Origin: an uncultured archaeon
GTDB lineage: Archaea > EX4484-52 > JAADEF01
NCBI GenBank assembly: GCA_964407715.1
Contig: CAYOWP010000005.1
Span: 1 to 64,000 of the forward strand
Direction: 5' to 3'
DNA length: 64,000 bases
The position numbers and the translations under genes are program-made. Under the pieces are notes generated by a model. It was given only the letters and a program-made list of their open reading frames with translations. It had not been told where the DNA came from and did no database searches. Positions 58,884 to 64,000 of this stretch are shown piece after piece (the first letter of the stretch is position 1; each line of letters begins with the position of its first letter).

Positions 58884-59889
58884 ATCTCTTGGATTAAGAA
58901 AACTTTTACCAGTTGAATTCAAAGATGCAAAAGAGCCAGGAACTTATGCGCTTGTTTTTTATTTAGAAAGACCTATTAAGATAAGAAATTGGGTTTTTAC
59001 CAAAGGAGTTTATGTATATGTAGGCAGTGCAAAAAAAGGGTTAAAAACACGACTAAGTAGATATTTATCCGTACCAGCCAAAAAATTTTGGCATATCGAT
59101 TTTGTTCTACCTTATGCGAATATTCTTTTTGCATATGTTGGGAATAGCATCTCTGAAACTGAACTTGCTAAGATTTTAAGCAGATATTATCCATCCATTG
59201 AGAGATTCGGAAATTCAGATGATAAGCACAGCATATCACATCTATTTTTTGTTCCTCCTCTTCATTATATCATAAATTCTTTTTATGAAGAAGGTATTAA
59301 AAGAAAAGCACCTGTATATAATGCAATAACGCAAATAAAGGATCCTTTTGAGCGGTTCATCTTTGTGTTTTTATCCTCTCGTACAAAGGATGAGATAACT
59401 TTTCGAGTAACAAAAAACTTTGTTAGCAAATTTGATTCATGGGATAAGATAAAAAAAGCTACTGTTGAAGAGATAGAATCTCTGATTTATGGGGTAGCAT
59501 TCTATAGACAGAAAAGCAGGAATTTAAAGAAAATTTCTGAGATGCTTCATGGGAAGTATGTTCCAAGTTCATATGATGAGCTTATAAAATTGCCTGGTGT
59601 TGGAAGAAAGATTGCAAAGGTATTCCTTGCGGATGTGTTTAATAGTGATGTTATTGGTGTAGATGTCCATGTTCATAGGATAAGCAATAGGTTGAGCATA
59701 ATAAACACAAAAACAGAGCATGAAAGCGATATTGTTTTGAATCTCATGATTCCTTCATCTTTAAAACAAAAGTTCAATATTTCCTTTGTGGGATATGGTC
59801 AAGTGGTTTGCCTACCAAAAAACCCACGATGCTCAGAATGCAAAATAAAAGAATACTGCAGAGCTTACGCGGTTTTAATGCAAGAATAA
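58864..59889 (+). CDS. nth: DUF123 (GIY-YIG/Uri) nuclease fused to endonuclease III (start likely 58864)
   Basis: GTYAL...YVYVGSA...WHIDF; LPGVGRK HhH, VDVHVHR, CLPKNPRCSECKIKEYC. Confidence 0.85.
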   Translation: MLEEKFKSLGLRKLLPVEFKDAKEPGTYALVFYLERPIKIRNWVFTKGVYVYVGSAKKGLKTRLSRYLSVPAKKFWHIDFVLPYANILFAYVGNSISETELAKILSRYYPSIERFGNSDDKHSISHLFFVPPLHYIINSFYEEGIKRKAPVYNAITQIKDPFERFIFVFLSSRTKDEITFRVTKNFVSKFDSWDKIKKATVEEIESLIYGVAFYRQKSRNLKKISEMLHGKYVPSSYDELIKLPGVGRKIAKVFLADVFNSDVIGVDVHVHRISNRLSIINTKTEHESDIVLNLMIPSSLKQKFNISFVGYGQVVCLPKNPRCSECKIKEYCRAYAVLMQE

Positions 59890-61013
59890 ACTGGAGTATA
59901 TCTACAATCATGGCTACCATAACAAGTGGCTATCTTTTTTTTGGTGTATCCAGGTGGACATCCTGAAGATACATAATATCCTTTACATGGGATATTTAAT
60001 TTACTACACGAATCACATGCAGGTCTATAAATTCCACATAACATTCCTTTAGGCTCACTACCAACCTCACTCCACTTACTTTTACATCCATCACTTAAGC
60101 ATAAAGCTCCTCTCACCTTCACGTTTCCATTTACATCCAACTTTTGAGTAGGAGATGTAGTTCCAATACCTACATTACCGTTGGTATTAATAAATAACCC
60201 ATACTTATTTCCTGCCATTAAGTGAATTGGTCCTGTTTTTATATAAAGAGGACTCCCATACCTCCAATGATCTGTTATATACATTATATCATCATTGGAA
60301 TTGCCCCATTCAATATAAAGATTTTTATCTGGCTTGTTTATTCCCCAAGTTCTTAACTCAGCAGCCGGTGCATATCCAGGATCTGACATGGAGTAGATAA
60401 TGCTATCAGCTTTTATTTTTCCAGCAACATGAAGTTTTTCTCCAGGAGAAGTTGTACCAATTCCAACATTGCCATTATCTTTAATAACAAACATTCCCCA
60501 TCGAGTAGTTCCGCTATCGGAAGTATAACCAATTTCAATTCTTTCTTGAGTACTTGGATTGTGAATATGCCAATATCCAGAACCAGCAGTTCTTTCTAAT
60601 GTAATCCAATCTCCATGTCCTTGTTTGATTCCAAGGTTACCATGTGGAGATGTTGTTCCTATACCTACCTTACCTGTGCTAACATCCACAAATAACTTTC
60701 CAGAACCGATGTTCAAATTTCCTGATGCAATAATAGCGCCAGCAGAGTTTAATCCGCCTACATTGATTGTGTGTATGGTTGTGGCTCCATTGTTTGTTAT
60801 GTCTTGTAATGTGTCTTCTATGATTCCAGCATCTATCCTTCCGTTATTATCTGAATCAATAGATGTCAAATCAAACTGGCTTTTTGCGATTTGCGAGAGA
60901 CAATGCCATGGTCTTGTTACATCCACATCCACAGCTAAAGCTAATGAATATAAAAGCATAAGCGTTATCAAAACTTGAATGGTTATCGATAGGAATTTTT
61001 TATAGTTTTCCAT
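59865..61013 (-). CDS. Secreted GNVGIGTTSP-repeat surface protein with Cys-rich C-terminus (start likely 61013)
   Basis: Signal peptide, three G(N/K)VGIGTTSP repeats, about 9 Cys in the last ~80 aa. Confidence 0.8.
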   Translation of the reverse strand: MENYKKFLSITIQVLITLMLLYSLALAVDVDVTRPWHCLSQIAKSQFDLTSIDSDNNGRIDAGIIEDTLQDITNNGATTIHTINVGGLNSAGAIIASGNLNIGSGKLFVDVSTGKVGIGTTSPHGNLGIKQGHGDWITLERTAGSGYWHIHNPSTQERIEIGYTSDSGTTRWGMFVIKDNGNVGIGTTSPGEKLHVAGKIKADSIIYSMSDPGYAPAAELRTWGINKPDKNLYIEWGNSNDDIMYITDHWRYGSPLYIKTGPIHLMAGNKYGLFINTNGNVGIGTTSPTQKLDVNGNVKVRGALCLSDGCKSKWSEVGSEPKGMLCGIYRPACDSCSKLNIPCKGYYVSSGCPPGYTKKKIATCYGSHDCRYTPVYSCIKTA

Positions 61014-61092
61014 AAGATATCCTATATAAGCATAGGAATATATATATTTTTCTTTAAGTTTTATAAAGTTCATAATTCCCTATGAATAAAGT

Positions 61093-61950
61093 ATGAAAAA
61101 ACTTAAAGAGGAAATAAGAAGGAAATTAAATAAAGAAGTGAATTTAGGATTTGAGATTATTGGTGATATAGCAATAATAGAAGATATGAGCAACAATCTT
61201 ACTAATGAGGATTTACAAAAAATCTCAGAAATAATTAGGAGTTATAATCCTAATGTTAATGTTGTTGCTCTAAAAATGGAGGATGTTGGAGGAATCTATA
61301 GAACTGCGAGACATAAAATTATCAAGGTGTGGAACAGAGAGGATTTTCTTAAGGAGCTACCTAAAACATACAGGGATCTCACAGAGAAAGAAACATTACA
61401 TAAGGAACATGGAGTAAGAGTTCTTCTAAATATAGATACTGTTTATTTCTCATCAAAGCTAGGATATGAGAGAAAAAGAATAGAGAAGATGGTTAGAGAT
61501 GGAGAAAGAATTTTTTTGCCATTCGCTGGTGTTGGGATATATGCTCTTGTTATTGCCAAGAAAAAGCAAGTGGAGATAGATGCAGTGGAGATTAACCCAT
61601 ATGCCTGCGAATACATGAGAAAAAATATAGAGATAAATAAAATAAGAGGTAAGATAAGCGTGTTTTGTATGGATGTAAAATTATTTTTAGAAAACAAAGA
61701 TATATTAAATTATGATAGAATAATCATGCCTGCACCAAAGGATGCTCCATCCTTTCTAGAGGAGATAGTTATCAAATCTAAAAAGGATACATGGATACAT
61801 TATTACTTTTTTGCAGATAAAGAAGAAATCTCAAAGGAAAACATAGAAAGAAAATTTTCACATTTACCTATACGCATTCTTGGATTCAGAAAAGCTGGAA
61901 GCATAGGAACAAACAAATACAGAGTAGCTGTTGATGCTGTGAGAGTGTAA
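61093..61950 (+). CDS. Trm5/Tyw2-family tRNA methyltransferase
   Basis: IIGDIAI, LHKEHG, VYFSSKL..ER, FAGVG, EINP, DRIIMPAP. Confidence 0.88.
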   Translation: MKKLKEEIRRKLNKEVNLGFEIIGDIAIIEDMSNNLTNEDLQKISEIIRSYNPNVNVVALKMEDVGGIYRTARHKIIKVWNREDFLKELPKTYRDLTEKETLHKEHGVRVLLNIDTVYFSSKLGYERKRIEKMVRDGERIFLPFAGVGIYALVIAKKKQVEIDAVEINPYACEYMRKNIEINKIRGKISVFCMDVKLFLENKDILNYDRIIMPAPKDAPSFLEEIVIKSKKDTWIHYYFFADKEEISKENIERKFSHLPIRILGFRKAGSIGTNKYRVAVDAVRV

Positions 61951-61955
61951 GTTTC

Positions 61956-62624
61956 TCAATCACATTTACTATAATTGCATTCGGGATTGATACATACAAA
62001 ACAGCCATTCTCAACTTTTAGAGTTTTCATGTTGCATTCAGGGCATATCTTTAAATTCAACATCTCCTCTTCACTAAGATTCACATTTTCTGTGATAGAG
62101 CTCATGAGAGATGGAGATGCGAATTTTATTAACGACATGTCATGTTCCTTTTTAATGAGACCTATTTCTTCAAAGAACCTCTCTATCACATCTGCAATTT
62201 CTGCATAGATGCTATGGATATATTTTCCATCTTTGAAGTATCCTCCATTTGGATCATGCACGCTTTTGAGTTCTTCCAAGATGAACACTGGATTAGAAGT
62301 CTTTCTAAAGATTGCAGAGATTAACCTGGTAAGCACTGTAAACTCAGCAGCTTTACTTAGATCCTTACTATTGATGAATATCTCATAAGGTCTCCTTTTC
62401 CCATCCACTTCTACATATCCTATTGTGATAAAAATGCTATGCTTAACAAATCTGCTTTTAAGTTTATATACCTTTGCATCAATAACATCAGGCCTCTCGA
62501 AGCTTTTCTCATGCAATTTTTTATCCTCTATACTATGTTGCATCTTCTCATGAGGAACATCTTTATTCTCCTGCTTTTCTTTTACCTCTAATATTTCCCC
62601 TACTCTTATGACCATATTCCTCAC
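61956..62624 (-). CDS. Class II ribonucleotide reductase C-terminal subunit (TSCPD-like plus Zn ribbon; NrdJb-like)
   Basis: RPYEIFINSK, TRLISAIFR, CPEC...GCFVC...CNYSKC. Confidence 0.85.
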   Translation of the reverse strand: MRNMVIRVGEILEVKEKQENKDVPHEKMQHSIEDKKLHEKSFERPDVIDAKVYKLKSRFVKHSIFITIGYVEVDGKRRPYEIFINSKDLSKAAEFTVLTRLISAIFRKTSNPVFILEELKSVHDPNGGYFKDGKYIHSIYAEIADVIERFFEEIGLIKKEHDMSLIKFASPSLMSSITENVNLSEEEMLNLKICPECNMKTLKVENGCFVCINPECNYSKCD

Positions 62625-62639
62625 CTCTTTATCTCGCTC

Positions 62640-64000
62640 TTAATTCAATTTTATTAGTCCTTTTTTATAAGCATGATAAATTGTATAAAGTTTTCCATCC
62701 AACACTATGATGTCATCTCCTTTAACCTCCATTTCATTACCATCTTTTGTTATTATCTTGAATTTCTTATTCTTAAATTTTTGAAACTCTGTAGTTTTAC
62801 CTTCAACACTCAATATAGGAAATCTACTTCCATCTCTATAGATTGTAACTCCTTTTAATCCCATTTTCCATGCATAGAGATATAAGTTGCTTAGTAACTC
62901 TGGTTCAATATCTTCAGGTAAATTGATGGTTGAAGAAATGCTATGATCCACGTATTTTTGTGCTATTGCCTGAATCTCAATTCTTTTGAATGGATCTATA
63001 TTATGCGCAGTCCTAAAGAAATGTTCAGGCAAAATTTTTCTTAATTCTTCTTCATTCTTGCTTTCCTGAATCTCATCATTTAATCCATACATATCAATAT
63101 ATGCTTGCACCGTTGAATGAAATATCCTAAAGAACTTATTGCCAACAGATTCTGTCCTTCTGGTGTAATATAAGGCAAATATTGGCTCGATGCCACCGCT
63201 TACACCGATATAATGTTTTCCATTATATTTAAAGCCTAGTACGATATTTGAGATTGTCCCTGTAGGTGCTATAGAAAGCAATGCCGAATTTCTCAAACCA
63301 TGTTTCTTTATCTCCTTTCTCACATGCTCATCCAGCACTTCATTAAAGAAAGGATTTTTAGAATATTTTTCATAATCAAATATCTCAACTTTTCCTTTTT
63401 CCTTTGCCAATTTTGCAGAGGTTAGATATGCTTCATTGGCAATAGTTTTCATAACTTTTTCAAATGTTTTCATTCCTTCATCACTGTCATATCCATATCC
63501 TAATTGGTTAAGCATATCTGCAATACCTACTACTCCCAATCCAATTCTTCGAGTTATCTTGGCAGTGTCTCTTTGCTTTTTCAAAGGATTCATAAAGGAA
63601 TTCCATGTTGTTATGTTATCCAAAAATCTTACAGCGATGTTTATAGTATATTTAAGCAAGTCAAAATCTATTGAGGCATTTGGCTTATATCCATTTCTAA
63701 CAAACCTTGATAGGTTAATGGATCCAAGATTGCATGCTCCTCCATCCTCCAATGGTACCTCACCACATGGATTTGTAGTTACAATCTTTCTTCCTATGTA
63801 ATCTGAGGGGGAATACTTTGTCATTTTATTCCAAAATATCAATCCAGGTTCTGCGGTTTTATAATTGCTCTCTATGAACTCATCCCAAATATCCCTTGCT
63901 TTGACTAATCTTCTTATCTCACCTGTTTGCTCAGATGAGAAGTATAATAAGAAATCTCCTGAGTATCTTATCGCTAAATCATAATCATTATTATTTAAAG
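62640..64000 (-). CDS. nrdJ: Adenosylcobalamin-dependent (class II) ribonucleotide reductase, 5' part beyond the window
   Basis: AEPGLIFW, TNPCGE.PL, ACNLGSINL, IAPTGTIS, SISSTINLP, KGVTIYRDGSR; frame continues upstream of the ORF-track start. Confidence 0.92.
   Translation of the reverse strand, partial: LNNNDYDLAIRYSGDFLLYFSSEQTGEIRRLVKARDIWDEFIESNYKTAEPGLIFWNKMTKYSPSDYIGRKIVTTNPCGEVPLEDGGACNLGSINLSRFVRNGYKPNASIDFDLLKYTINIAVRFLDNITTWNSFMNPLKKQRDTAKITRRIGLGVVGIADMLNQLGYGYDSDEGMKTFEKVMKTIANEAYLTSAKLAKEKGKVEIFDYEKYSKNPFFNEVLDEHVRKEIKKHGLRNSALLSIAPTGTISNIVLGFKYNGKHYIGVSGGIEPIFALYYTRRTESVGNKFFRIFHSTVQAYIDMYGLNDEIQESKNEEELRKILPEHFFRTAHNIDPFKRIEIQAIAQKYVDHSISSTINLPEDIEPELLSNLYLYAWKMGLKGVTIYRDGSRFPILSVEGKTTEFQKFKNKKFKIITKDGNEMEVKGDDIIVLDGKLYTIYHAYKKGLIKLN

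Noticed and set aside
61956-64000. Split class II ribonucleotide reductase as a novelty
   Set aside because: NrdJa/NrdJb-type splits are already well described.

Overview
AT-rich archaeal chromosome segment. TBP, histone, aIF5A, CDC48, Elp3, intron-containing tRNAs, AMP phosphorylase and class III-signal pilins are present, and the compact gene set suggests a DPANN-type archaeon (inference). It opens with a Type I restriction-modification operon (hsdR-hsdM-HEPN-like gene-hsdS) and is otherwise mostly housekeeping genes. Two structures are not explained by the ORF track. (1) A cassette array downstream of cdc48 (14.1-19.1 kb): five orphan, stop-terminated copies of the cdc48 3' tip separate five unrelated cargo blocks (membrane ORFs, AAA ATPase, methyltransferase, two toxin-antitoxin pairs). 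The two longest tips differ almost only at synonymous sites. (2) A family of ~108-bp imperfect-hairpin units (TGGTTAACGGGAA...CAGCATGCTAACC-loop-GGTTAGCTGCTC...TTCCCGTTAACCA) at about nine intergenic loci. They occur as tandem arrays of up to 8 units and inside MITE-like elements with 16-bp terminal inverted repeats and 9-10 bp target duplications. All calls were made by eye; no database searches were run.
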